From an uncultured Candidatus Saccharibacteria bacterium (GTDB taxonomy: Bacteria; Patescibacteriota; Minisyncoccia; Phycocordibacterales; CAZNKJ01): a stretch of DNA of 64,000 nucleotides. Shown here piece after piece: positions 27,767 through 37,205 of this stretch. Made by a program: the position numbers and the translations under genes. Position 1 is the stretch's first letter; every line of letters begins with the position of its first letter. The notes beneath the pieces were generated by a model. That model had not been told where the DNA came from and did no database searches. It saw only the letters and a program-made list of their open reading frames with translations. The stretch is taken from NCBI GenBank assembly GCA_964574145.1, contig CAZNKJ010000002.1:2075-66074 (forward strand), read 5' to 3'.

Positions 27767-28513
27767 TTAAGTATAGCGCGGTGTGCTGACTGTTTCAGTT
27801 TTCATGTTTATCTCTCCAAACTGAGAATCTTGCTTGACTTCCAAGATCCCTCGTTTAACAAGTTCTAGCATCGCAAGAAAACTTATAATTATCGTCGCCT
27901 TTTTTTCTTTTGTTATTTTCTCACTTCTGCCAGCAAAATCATGGAAAGAGATAGAAAGATTTCGTGAAATTTTATCCGATAATTTTTCTATCATTTCCTC
28001 TAAACTAATTATTTTTTGTACTACCGTTTTTGCCAAAAGTTCCTTTTTTGGCAAATTTGTTAAGACTGATGAAATATGTGCATAAAGATAAGGAACAGAA
28101 CAAGTTTTATATGGAGAAAATACAGGCTCAACTTTTTGTAAGGATGATCTGGAAAAAAGAATAGTCTTGCCAAAATTTTGAATTAAGAACGGAGTAGTCT
28201 GCTTGAAGAGTTTATACAATTTAAGTCGTCTCTCCAGGTTTTCTATATCACCTTGTTCTTCTTCTGTGAGAGAGAGATTAGGTAATAAAGATTTGGACTT
28301 AATTAATAGAAGAGTAGATGCTACTAGAATAAAATGAGCAGACTCCCCTACTGGCATTTCTTCTTTTTCCTTAATGTGTGAAATATAATCATCTGTAACC
28401 GTAGCAAGAGAGATGTCGTTGATATGGAGTTTCCTTTTTTCTATTAGATGGAGGAGAAGTTCAAGAGGGCCTTCAAACACTTCAGTTTTTATCTGAAAAT
28501 TTTCCAAATCCAT
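27767..28513 (-). CDS. scpA: segregation and condensation protein A
   Basis: N-terminal FEGPLELLLHLIEKRKL kleisin motif; adjacent to scpB. Confidence 0.85.
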   Translation of the reverse strand: MDLENFQIKTEVFEGPLELLLHLIEKRKLHINDISLATVTDDYISHIKEKEEMPVGESAHFILVASTLLLIKSKSLLPNLSLTEEEQGDIENLERRLKLYKLFKQTTPFLIQNFGKTILFSRSSLQKVEPVFSPYKTCSVPYLYAHISSVLTNLPKKELLAKTVVQKIISLEEMIEKLSDKISRNLSISFHDFAGRSEKITKEKKATIIISFLAMLELVKRGILEVKQDSQFGEINMKTETVSTPRYT

Positions 28514-28612
28514 ACATAAACTATACGTTTTTTGTGGCTTTGATTCAAGGGATAAAAGATCAAGAAAACCTTCTTAAGAAAGTTTTGAATAATAAACATA
28601 AGAAAATTAAAT

Positions 28613-28642
28613 AGCGCGGATTCTTATTGGAGAATCCGCGCT
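28613..28642 (-). terminator. terminator hairpin agcgcggattc / gaatccgcgct downstream of the lipoprotein gene
   Basis: 11-bp perfect stem, 8-nt loop, AT-rich tail. Confidence 0.6.
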
Positions 28643-28663
28643 ATGGAAGCTTGAAACTTCCAT

Positions 28664-29167
28664 CTAGTTTGCAACCAGGCGCCATGTCCCGTTGGACTCT
28701 TGGCATGCTGTGGATGTGACATCCACAGATTTGTTGTCTCTGGACGAATTTTGTCCGAAGAAAAAGGCGTGGCTGTGAACTTTTTTACACGTTTTGCCTG
28801 AGGCAGAACGTCCTTCGTCAATTGTCCTGGAATTTCCATAAGAGCCCGTACGTGGGTTTTTCCACGTGATGTTGTTTCCAACGGAGGATTTGTAGGCTCT
28901 TTCCGCCGTTTGTTGGGCGTACAAGGCATCCGCCTTGTCGAGGGTATCTCCAACAGAGTTACCTATGCCAGCACCCAAGAGGGTCCCGATGGCGACTCCG
29001 ACCAACTGACCTTTTCCGCCACCGATGAAAGAGCCAGCAACAGCTCCACCGACAGCTCCTAAGACAGTTCCGACAGTTTGTTTTTGGCCCCAATTAGAGC
29101 CTTCATTTGCGCATCCTGCCAAAAAAAATGCCAAAATGCCAACCATCAAAAAACCAGACTTTTTCAT
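28664..29167 (-). CDS. lipoprotein with glycine-zipper domain (17-kDa surface-antigen-like)
   Basis: Lipobox LAGC; GAVGGAVAGSFIGGGKGQLVGVAIGTLLGAGIG glycine zipper; local GC about 60% against a roughly 35% background. Confidence 0.6.
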   Translation of the reverse strand: MKKSGFLMVGILAFFLAGCANEGSNWGQKQTVGTVLGAVGGAVAGSFIGGGKGQLVGVAIGTLLGAGIGNSVGDTLDKADALYAQQTAERAYKSSVGNNITWKNPRTGSYGNSRTIDEGRSASGKTCKKVHSHAFFFGQNSSRDNKSVDVTSTACQESNGTWRLVAN

Positions 29168-29257
29168 CTCCTTATCCTTTCATTTCATTTCAACCCAGAA
29201 TCAAAAAACTCGAGTACCGTTCAATAGCTTGCCATATTTAACATGAAAAGTCAATAC

Positions 29258-29578
29258 TTATGGTCTTATTAGAATGTCCTGAAAAAAAATAATCCTATCT
29301 TTCTTATCCAGCTTTATCCCCTCTTGCTGATAGAGTTTTAAACGTTTTTTGCGATATTTTTCATTCATCCAAACACGTCCGTCTGCATATACGATTCTAT
29401 GGAACGGAATATCATGTATTCCTCCATCATACGCTTTCCCAAGGATGGTAGTGATACTCTGTGCCGCCATAGCTCCTCCACCAGCAGCTCTCGCAATACC
29501 ACCATAAGTCATCACATGTCCCCGTGGAATAGATAGTGCAATTTTCAGAATATTTTCGGTAAAGGATTTTTGTTTCAT
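29258..29578 (-). CDS. alkyltransferase-like (ATL) protein: MGMT DNA-binding fold without the catalytic Cys
   Basis: MTYGGIARAAG ... IPFHRIV in place of PCHRV; 106 aa. Confidence 0.65.
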   Translation of the reverse strand: MKQKSFTENILKIALSIPRGHVMTYGGIARAAGGGAMAAQSITTILGKAYDGGIHDIPFHRIVYADGRVWMNEKYRKKRLKLYQQEGIKLDKKDRIIFFQDILIRP

Positions 29579-29614
29579 TCGGTGAATACTTATTTAGGTT
29601 GCCTTGAAATCTTT

Positions 29615-31279
29615 TTATATAAACAAGCGCGCTAGGCGGAGGTCTTCGTAGCTATATTTACCTTTTAGTTTTTTGTGTGCTGGAGAAAGTTTTGTTTCTT
29701 TTAAAGATTTAAATACCGACCTTATCGCCTTCAGGTCGGCCAGCTTTGGTGTATGTGGTTTTAGATCCACATCGTACTTCCCTACTTTTAGTTTTTCTAG
29801 GTGAGAAATAACAGTTCCCAAAGTCATCCCTCTTTCTTTTGCTACTTCTTTCAGACTTTTTCCTTCTTTTAAAAGAACGAGAGTTTTCTCATGTGATGGA
29901 ACTTTAGGCGTTAGCTTCTCAGCGCTGGATGTTTTGTTTTTTTCAATTTCTTTTTTGTCGTTTGTTCCGCTATTTTTCGTTATAAAATCCTCATGCATTT
30001 TCTGAAAATCTTCGGCACTAAATTTTTGTATCACTTTAGACCATTTTGTAGATTCGCGAATAAGCCGTTTGTTTAGTTCCAAAACGTAAGGGTCTACAGA
30101 GAGTGCCATATTGTTTAAACCAAGTAAAGTAAGCCCATCCAAGCTTTTTAAACGTGAAAGAGCCACATAACCTTGCCCGGGTACAAAAGATTTAGAAAGG
30201 TCAATTTCTGCCGCATCAAGGCTCATTCCTTGGCTTTTATGAACTGTAATAGCCCAAGCAAGACGTAGTGGCAGCTGCTCGGCTGAAGCAAGTACCTTGC
30301 CATCTTCTTCTATTTCCCATGTAGCTTGTGTTACAGATATTTCCTTTCCAGAATGAGTCTCAACCACAGGTACTCCGTGCTTCAAAGAGGTTACTATACC
30401 CAGTGTGCCATTTACATACCCCTCTTCAAAATTATTTTTAACAAACATAACAACAGCCCCCTCTTTAAGCTTCAAAGTTTCAGGTGCTAAAATGCTTTTA
30501 CAAAGTGAAGCTACTAGACTGGATTTCCCTCTTGTAGACATTTGGTATTCAAATTCCTCTTCCTCAAGTTTTTCTAATTCCTTTTCATTTACAGAATCAA
30601 CGTCAATGTTATGTGTGTACAAACGTGTGGGAGTTACTTTTGATTTTTTTCGCACACCCCTCATCTCTTCAAATATTTTTCTAGTAGTAGATGAGACAGC
30701 ACCGGAACGTATTTCATTTAAAATCTTTTCAAAAGAACGATCATCATTTTGCCGATATTGTTCCTCTAAGTAACATATACGTGCATTCATTTTCTTCCAT
30801 GCTTGTGAGCTGTCTACGTAAAAAACAGCATCTTCTCCCTTCACGATAGGTGGAAGTTGGAAGAAGTCTCCAGAAAGCACAATTTGCATACTACCAAATG
30901 AGTCATCATTTCCTTTCATAGCTCTGGCTAGTCTATCCAGCGCATCAAACATCCTTGGATTTATCATAGAAGTTTCGTCTATAATAAGAACTTTTGTTTT
31001 GTCGTATCTTTTCCAGAGATGTTCTTTTTGGGTGAGCATCTCAATATCGTAGTCAGACAGGTCGCTTTTTATTCCAATCCCACTCCATGAGTGAATAGTC
31101 ATACCATTGAGATGCGTAGCTGCAATACCTGTGGAAGCTGTCACGGCCACAACCACCCCTCTATCTTTCAAATATTCGGTATATTTGTTTAGTACGTGAG
31201 TTTTACCACTTCCTGCAGCGCCAGTAAGGTATACATTACGCCCAGCTTTAAGGATATCAAGAGCTTCTTTTTGTATCAT
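29615..31279 (-). CDS. PIF1-family 5'-3' DNA helicase with C-terminal helix-turn-helix domain
   Basis: Walker A GAAGSGKTHVL, VTASTGIAA, DETSM, PIF1-signature SGDFFQLPPI; C-terminal LKEVAKERGMTLGTVISHLEKLK HTH. Confidence 0.85.
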   Translation of the reverse strand: MIQKEALDILKAGRNVYLTGAAGSGKTHVLNKYTEYLKDRGVVVAVTASTGIAATHLNGMTIHSWSGIGIKSDLSDYDIEMLTQKEHLWKRYDKTKVLIIDETSMINPRMFDALDRLARAMKGNDDSFGSMQIVLSGDFFQLPPIVKGEDAVFYVDSSQAWKKMNARICYLEEQYRQNDDRSFEKILNEIRSGAVSSTTRKIFEEMRGVRKKSKVTPTRLYTHNIDVDSVNEKELEKLEEEEFEYQMSTRGKSSLVASLCKSILAPETLKLKEGAVVMFVKNNFEEGYVNGTLGIVTSLKHGVPVVETHSGKEISVTQATWEIEEDGKVLASAEQLPLRLAWAITVHKSQGMSLDAAEIDLSKSFVPGQGYVALSRLKSLDGLTLLGLNNMALSVDPYVLELNKRLIRESTKWSKVIQKFSAEDFQKMHEDFITKNSGTNDKKEIEKNKTSSAEKLTPKVPSHEKTLVLLKEGKSLKEVAKERGMTLGTVISHLEKLKVGKYDVDLKPHTPKLADLKAIRSVFKSLKETKLSPAHKKLKGKYSYEDLRLARLFI

Positions 31280-31342
31280 GAAAGATATTTTAACATATTA
31301 GACAAGGACCCAACTTAACAGGTTTCCAAATAAGTAAGTTCT

Positions 31343-31891
31343 TTATACGGGTTTTTGTTGTGAGATGTTCTTATCTTGAGATAAATTTGTTACGTCTTTT
31401 ATTAGTCCATTTGATATATAATATGTCTCTCCTTCCTCATTTCTTAACACTGTTGAACGCATAGTAATTCTGGATACTTTTCCTTCGAAACTTCCTATTT
31501 TCACTGTGTCTCCAATGCCATATTGGTTTTCAACTAAAATAAATAGTCCTGAAACAAAATCTTTTACCAATGACTGAGCGCCAAAACCAATAGCTAAACC
31601 TATCACACCAGCTCCTGCCAAAATTGGTCGTATATCTATTTTGAATAGACCCAAGACCATTAGTAAAACTATTCCGTAGATAATTATGTTTCCAGTTGTA
31701 ACAATAATTTCTCCAAGAGTTTTAGCCCTTTTTTCTTTTTGTGAAGTGTGAGAATCATCACCGTCGTCCACTATTTTAACAAGGCGGTTTACTACTAGTC
31801 TCAATAGAACTCTACCAAGAAAAAATAGAGTGGAAATTCCAATAATATCTACTGCATTTGCTTTAACAATATTGATTATAATTTCTTGCAT
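31343..31891 (-). CDS. small-conductance mechanosensitive channel (MscS family)
   Basis: GFGAQSLVKDFVSGLFILVENQYGIGDTVKIG ... ITMRSTVLR. Confidence 0.8.
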   Translation of the reverse strand: MQEIIINIVKANAVDIIGISTLFFLGRVLLRLVVNRLVKIVDDGDDSHTSQKEKRAKTLGEIIVTTGNIIIYGIVLLMVLGLFKIDIRPILAGAGVIGLAIGFGAQSLVKDFVSGLFILVENQYGIGDTVKIGSFEGKVSRITMRSTVLRNEEGETYYISNGLIKDVTNLSQDKNISQQKPV

Positions 31892-31908
31892 AGTATTTAA
31901 TTTATTTA

Positions 31909-33288
31909 TTAAAAATTCTCAACCAATTTAAGTAAAAACCGCACGGGCTCGCCTGCGGCGCCGGGAGCTAAATTGTCGCTTGGAATACTTTCCATACGAG
32001 GCGCGATATCAATATGTACCCACGGTAAGTCTCGTGCAAATTCATGTAGAAAAATTCCGCCATTTATAACACCGCCATATCTAGATCCCTTATGATTGAG
32101 GTTAGTCACATCTCCCCTGTTTCCCTTTACCTCTTCCTCATATTCTTCCCAAAGAGGAAAAGGCCACATGTAATCCCCTGTTTTTTCTCCGAGGTCTACG
32201 AACAGTTCTTCCAGTTTTTTATTTTTTGTCATTAAAGCATTTGTGCGTTGTCCTAAAGCAACAAGAGCAGCTCCTGTGAGGGTTGCCACATCTACAACAA
32301 GCCGTGGTTTGTATTTTCGAGAATAAGTAAGAGCGTCTGCGAGGATCACCCTTCCCTCTGCGTCTGTGTTCATCACTTCAATTGTCTTTCCGGACATTGA
32401 TTTGAGAACATCTCCAGGTCGATAGCTTTCCCCTCCTGGCATATTTTCAACAGCAGGAATAAGACCAATAATATTTTTCTTTACTTTCAATTTCGCAGCC
32501 AGAGTAATAGCGTTTATAACAGCAGCTCCACCTGACATATCTAAATGCATACCAAGCATGGAATCTCCTGGTTTTAAACTTAACCCCCCTGTATCAAAAG
32601 TGACCCCTTTCCCAATCAAGACTATTGGCTTTTCTTTACTCCCACCGTCGTAGTCCATGATTATTAAACGTGGCTCTTCTTTAGAACCCTTAGAAACGCC
32701 CAAAATGGCCCCCATTTTGAGCTTTTTAAGCTCTTTTGGTCCAAGCGAGGTTACCTTGATCTTGGTGCCTTTTACCGCCTTTTTAGCTTCTTCGGCGAGG
32801 ATTTTCGGAGTCATGTCACTTCCTGGAGTGTTTGCCAATTCTCGACAATTATTAACGCTGTTTCCAATTATTTGTCCCTTTAGGAAACCTGTTTTTATGA
32901 AGTCGCTTATTTTGCCAGTTACTACAATTTCCAATACTGTTGGCCAGCCGTCTTTTGGTTTTGTGCGAAATGTTGTAAATTCAAAATTCGCCATTTCAAA
33001 GTTTTGGGCAAGGAGAGATGCAATTTCTGTTTTATCAATTTTCTTGAGTTGAGGAAATAGAAAATCATCAAACGAAATGGCGATTCTCTTAATCTTATTT
33101 TGTTTCGCAGTTCGAATTATTTGACGTGCCAGCAGGCGTAATTTTCTGTATGTTATTTTCTCCTTTTTCTCTACGTTAATCTGTAAAACCGTCTGATCAT
33201 TTTTCTCAATGAGTTGTGTGTTACCACTTTCTGTTATTTTTACAGCAGGGATGTTTTTAGTTTTTTTATTAGAAAATAAGATTTTCAT
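31909..33288 (-). CDS. pepA: leucyl aminopeptidase (peptidase M17)
   Basis: NTDAEGRVILADALTY signature. Confidence 0.9.
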   Translation of the reverse strand: MKILFSNKKTKNIPAVKITESGNTQLIEKNDQTVLQINVEKKEKITYRKLRLLARQIIRTAKQNKIKRIAISFDDFLFPQLKKIDKTEIASLLAQNFEMANFEFTTFRTKPKDGWPTVLEIVVTGKISDFIKTGFLKGQIIGNSVNNCRELANTPGSDMTPKILAEEAKKAVKGTKIKVTSLGPKELKKLKMGAILGVSKGSKEEPRLIIMDYDGGSKEKPIVLIGKGVTFDTGGLSLKPGDSMLGMHLDMSGGAAVINAITLAAKLKVKKNIIGLIPAVENMPGGESYRPGDVLKSMSGKTIEVMNTDAEGRVILADALTYSRKYKPRLVVDVATLTGAALVALGQRTNALMTKNKKLEELFVDLGEKTGDYMWPFPLWEEYEEEVKGNRGDVTNLNHKGSRYGGVINGGIFLHEFARDLPWVHIDIAPRMESIPSDNLAPGAAGEPVRFLLKLVENF

Positions 33289-33289
33289 A

Positions 33290-34696
33290 CTACTCTTTTT
33301 CTTTTAAGTTCTCATCTATGCTAATACCAAGCTCAGTTAAATGTTTTTGTAATACTTTAGAAGGTCCTTTCATCACAGAAGTGTGACCACTTCGTGTCAT
33401 CGGGAAAGCCTGAACCTCTCGTAAGGAATTTTCTTCAGTTAAATTCATTATGATACGCTCTATCCCAAGAGCTAGACCTCCATGAGGGGGTGTGCCGTAT
33501 TCATAAGCCTCAATCATATGTCCCACACTTTTTTCTACTTCTTCATCGCTATAACCCATTGTCTTGTAAACTGCACGTAAGATATCTGGATCATGTGAGC
33601 GAATACTACCACCACCTATTTCGTAACCATTACATACTAAGTCGTATTGTGACGAAATTATTTTCTCAATATTATTCCCATTCTTAAGCCATTCTATATG
33701 ATTCTCTTTTGGCATTGAAAAAGGATTATGACTAAAAGTCCACTTACCTTCGTCTGTTTTTTCAAAAAGAGGAAAGTCCACCACCCACGCATACGCCAAT
33801 ACCTTATTTTTCTTTTCATCTTCTGTGCGCAGATCAAATTTATCAGCTCCATATTTTTTTATTGCGTCACTATATGGAATTTTTGGAAAAGGTTTTTCTT
33901 TTATAACATAACCCATATTTTCTACCGTTTTGGTGATCATGTCTTCAACTAGATCCATCACATCTTCTTCTTTCACGAATGACATTTCTATGTCTATCTG
34001 TGAATGCTCGAACCCTCGATCTGCTCTAAGGTCCTCATCACGTATAGCACGGGCTATTTGAAAATATTTTTCAAAACCAGATGTCATTAGTAGTTGTTTA
34101 TACTGTTGAGGAGATTGAGGAAGAGCATAAAATTTACCAGGATGAAGACGTGAAGGCACTATGAAGTCGCGTGAACCTTCAGCAGTGGATTCGGTGAGAA
34201 GTGGTGTTTCTATTTCTGTGAAATTTTCTTTAAACAAATATTCCCTACACTTTTGTACAAAGGAACTTCGTATCTTGATATTTCTTTGCATACGTTTTGT
34301 TCGCAAATCGAGATATCTATATTTTAAACGTGTTGTTTCCTCTACATCCTTAGTGTCCTCGGTAATTTCAAAGGGTGGGGTTTTTGATTTATTAAGTACA
34401 GAAAAAGAAAGAGCTTCTATTTCAAATGAGCCATTAGCTTCATCTTTGTTGACCATTTTTTCTGGACGTTCATTTACTTTTCCAATAATTTCTATTACCC
34501 ATTCAGGACGAACGGAGTTTGCTGCTTTGTGAGCTTCTTCGTGGTTAGGAAGAACAACTATCTGCACTTTTCCGCTCATGTCACGCAAGTCAATAAAGAT
34601 GAGTTTACCGTGGTCACGACGAACATCTACCCATCCTGCTATAGCTATCTCTTTGCCTATATTATCTTTCAGATCTTTTATATACGTTCGTTTCAT
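33290..34696 (-). CDS. aspS: aspartate--tRNA ligase, short form lacking the GAD insertion
   Basis: OB-fold N-terminus; class IIb motif IRDEDLRADRGFEHSQIDIEMSF; 468 aa. Confidence 0.8.
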   Translation of the reverse strand: MKRTYIKDLKDNIGKEIAIAGWVDVRRDHGKLIFIDLRDMSGKVQIVVLPNHEEAHKAANSVRPEWVIEIIGKVNERPEKMVNKDEANGSFEIEALSFSVLNKSKTPPFEITEDTKDVEETTRLKYRYLDLRTKRMQRNIKIRSSFVQKCREYLFKENFTEIETPLLTESTAEGSRDFIVPSRLHPGKFYALPQSPQQYKQLLMTSGFEKYFQIARAIRDEDLRADRGFEHSQIDIEMSFVKEEDVMDLVEDMITKTVENMGYVIKEKPFPKIPYSDAIKKYGADKFDLRTEDEKKNKVLAYAWVVDFPLFEKTDEGKWTFSHNPFSMPKENHIEWLKNGNNIEKIISSQYDLVCNGYEIGGGSIRSHDPDILRAVYKTMGYSDEEVEKSVGHMIEAYEYGTPPHGGLALGIERIIMNLTEENSLREVQAFPMTRSGHTSVMKGPSKVLQKHLTELGISIDENLKEKE

Positions 34697-34708
34697 AGAG
34701 TTTATTTT

Positions 34709-35656
34709 TTATAGAATGACGCCTATTTTTTCACGCACCTCTTTCATTTTCTTTGCAGCAGCTTCTTTTGCTTTTTCCCCACCTTCTTTTAGTACTCTTC
34801 TTGCTTCTCCCTCATTAATACTTTTTCTTTTTTCACGAAATGGTGTGATGTAAGAGTCAATGTCTTCAATGAGAGCTTCTTTTAATGCTTTGTAATTATT
34901 TTTATTATCTTTATAAAATGATTTTAATTCTTCTTCACTTTTAAATAATTTATGGATAGCATATACGTGTTCTGGAAAATCTCCAGAAGAGTCAGTTTTT
35001 ATACTCATAACTTTTTTTTCTATTTCTTCTCTTTTTGCGAAAAGAGGAATTGTGTTTCCATAACTTTTACTCATTTTTTGTCCGTCAGTCCCTGGGACAA
35101 TAGAGGTGTCATTTAGTATTATTTCTTTTGGTAGTTTGAAAGTGTTTCCATACGTTCTGTTAAATTTTTCAGCAGTATCCCTTGCGTATTCTATATGTTG
35201 TTTCTGATCTTGTCCGACAGGGACAAGATCAGTGTTATAGAGAAGGATGTCGGCTGCCATTAGCATAGGGTAGTTAAATGTCCCGACAGAAACTTCATTT
35301 CCCTTAGCTTCAGCATCTTTATAGGCATGCGCGCGCATTAGATAGGGCATAGTTGTTATTGTTTCAAAAATCCACGCAAGTTCAGTATGTTCTGAAATAT
35401 CAGATTGTTTAAATAAAATTGTCTGTTCAGGGTCGAGTCCTATGGCTAGATAATCTATGGCTACATTCAATATATTTTCCTTTAATTCATTCTTGTCTTG
35501 AATAAAATTAAGAGCATGGTAGTCAGCTATAAAAATATAACCGACATGTTTTTTTTGGAGGTCAACAAATTGGCGCATGGCACCAAAATAATTACCAATA
35601 TGCGGTCGTCCAGTTGGTTTAACACCTGAAAGCAGAATAGATACTTGTTTTACCAT
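34709..35656 (-). CDS. trpS: tryptophan--tRNA ligase
   Basis: GVKPTGRPHIGNYFGA (HIGH region), KMSKS present; start set to the internal ATG at 35656 because the longer ORF-track start overlaps the histidine kinase. Confidence 0.9.
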   Translation of the reverse strand: MVKQVSILLSGVKPTGRPHIGNYFGAMRQFVDLQKKHVGYIFIADYHALNFIQDKNELKENILNVAIDYLAIGLDPEQTILFKQSDISEHTELAWIFETITTMPYLMRAHAYKDAEAKGNEVSVGTFNYPMLMAADILLYNTDLVPVGQDQKQHIEYARDTAEKFNRTYGNTFKLPKEIILNDTSIVPGTDGQKMSKSYGNTIPLFAKREEIEKKVMSIKTDSSGDFPEHVYAIHKLFKSEEELKSFYKDNKNNYKALKEALIEDIDSYITPFREKRKSINEGEARRVLKEGGEKAKEAAAKKMKEVREKIGVIL

Positions 35657-35676
35657 TCTCAAAATAGTACCAAGAT

Positions 35677-36651
35677 TCAGGATGTTTTCAAAGTGGCTCT
35701 TTCTGAGGCATCTAGAGGAATTTCTATGTTGAATATAGACCCCTTCCCCTCTCCTTCCGAGGTTGCCCATATACGCCCACTGTGTGCTTCTATAAAGAAG
35801 TGTGCTACATACAAACCAAGTCCAGTTCCCATAACATTCACCTCTTTGGCTCCTGGTGCTCTGTTGTATTTTGTAAACAATTTAGCGATATCTTGATGAG
35901 TAAGTCCTATTCCTGTATCTGAAATACTGATATGCACAGTTTTTTTGATATTATCTCGTTTTAACGAAACAGTAACTTTTCCCTTCAAGGTATATTTAAT
36001 GGCGTTATCAATGATATTACTAATTACTTGTTTTATTTTATTTGAGTCGCCAATTATTGTGCAAGACTCTTCACTTTTTATAAAATTAACAACAGTGCCT
36101 CTTTCTTTGGCAATGTACATTTGTTCTTTTATAATGGATTCTATTAATCGTTCAATATCAAATTCACCCATTGAGTATTCCATTCTGCCTTCTTCTATGC
36201 GAGAGACATTCAAGAAATCTTCCACTGTGTTGGCTAGAGATGTGCTCGCTTTTAATATGCGACCAACAGCTTCTTGAACCCCTATGGGCACTCCACCAAA
36301 AGAACCTTCCAAAATCATAGAAGCGTATCCTTTAATGGCAGTAAGAGGGCTTCTTAGTTGATGGGAGGCTAGAGATACAAATTCTGATTTTTGTTTTTGA
36401 TCCCAAGCGTCATGAAGTTTACTTTCTGCTAATGAAAGTTCTGCTTTAAAAGCATCGCGTTCATTTTCCATTTTTTTCTTCCACTGTATAACTACATAAA
36501 CTGTGGCTATGGATACAAGTAAAATCCAAAAGAATAGTAAAGAAGTTAGTTCCTTACTAACAGTAGATTCCGGGAAAAAAATTTTGACAAAAACAGACGT
36601 TACTAAAATAGCAATTGTGGAAATGAGTGTGTAGAGAAAAGAGCGATGCAT
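35677..36651 (-). CDS. sensor histidine kinase (two-TM, no extracytoplasmic sensor domain)
   Basis: HisKA H-box LASHQLRSPLTAIKGYASM; HATPase_c N, G1, G2 boxes; no response regulator in the window. Confidence 0.85.
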   Translation of the reverse strand: MHRSFLYTLISTIAILVTSVFVKIFFPESTVSKELTSLLFFWILLVSIATVYVVIQWKKKMENERDAFKAELSLAESKLHDAWDQKQKSEFVSLASHQLRSPLTAIKGYASMILEGSFGGVPIGVQEAVGRILKASTSLANTVEDFLNVSRIEEGRMEYSMGEFDIERLIESIIKEQMYIAKERGTVVNFIKSEESCTIIGDSNKIKQVISNIIDNAIKYTLKGKVTVSLKRDNIKKTVHISISDTGIGLTHQDIAKLFTKYNRAPGAKEVNVMGTGLGLYVAHFFIEAHSGRIWATSEGEGKGSIFNIEIPLDASERATLKTS

Positions 36652-36663
36652 ATAAATAATATA

Positions 36664-37194
36664 TCAGCGTTTAGCTAAAAAGAGAATACTTAAAAGAGGT
36701 ACTGAAAGCCACCAGAAGAAAAAATCAGAAGAAGAAAACAAAAGTTTTATAGGTGGGGCAAAAGAATAAAAACTAGCTATAGGTAATACATTATAAGCAA
36801 AAGCAATAAGTAAAGAAGTTGCAGCTAGAGATAATAACGATGCTTCAATAAAACGCCTTATTCCTCTATCTGGATAATCAGTAAATATTACACGTTCAAT
36901 GATTATATATACTCCAATAACAAATGCGAAAAAAATTATAGCATTTGATAATAATATTTTAATATCTGACCCTGTGAATAGAGAAAATTTGTCAGTATAT
37001 GGGAAGTGTATATAGATAAGAAGACTAATATATAGAGAAAAAATAAGGGCTATCATCCGATCTTTTCCATATCTAATCGCAAAGACAAAAAGAGCTGTTG
37101 CTGTTAGGATGGCGACCAAACTAGCTATAGAAAGCTCAGAAAAGAAAAACGAAAATTCTTTTATGTATGAAGAAACAGTACTCACTATATTCAT
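36664..37194 (-). CDS. polytopic membrane protein of unknown function
   Basis: 176 aa, about 5 hydrophobic helices; just upstream of the histidine kinase. Confidence 0.4.
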   Translation of the reverse strand: MNIVSTVSSYIKEFSFFFSELSIASLVAILTATALFVFAIRYGKDRMIALIFSLYISLLIYIHFPYTDKFSLFTGSDIKILLSNAIIFFAFVIGVYIIIERVIFTDYPDRGIRRFIEASLLSLAATSLLIAFAYNVLPIASFYSFAPPIKLLFSSSDFFFWWLSVPLLSILFLAKR

Positions 37195-37205
37195 GATAGC
37201 TTTTA

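Noticed and set aside
28624-28953. ORF 28624..28953(-) overlapping the lipoprotein gene
   Set aside because: It is out of frame with the much better-supported lipoprotein ORF, and its translation is an R/K/P-rich shadow of a GC-rich region.
34709-35770. Long form of trpS ORF overlapping the histidine kinase by 94 nt
   Set aside because: The N-terminal 38 aa have no counterpart in TrpRS. The internal ATG at 35656 gives a canonical N-terminus, so the start was revised.
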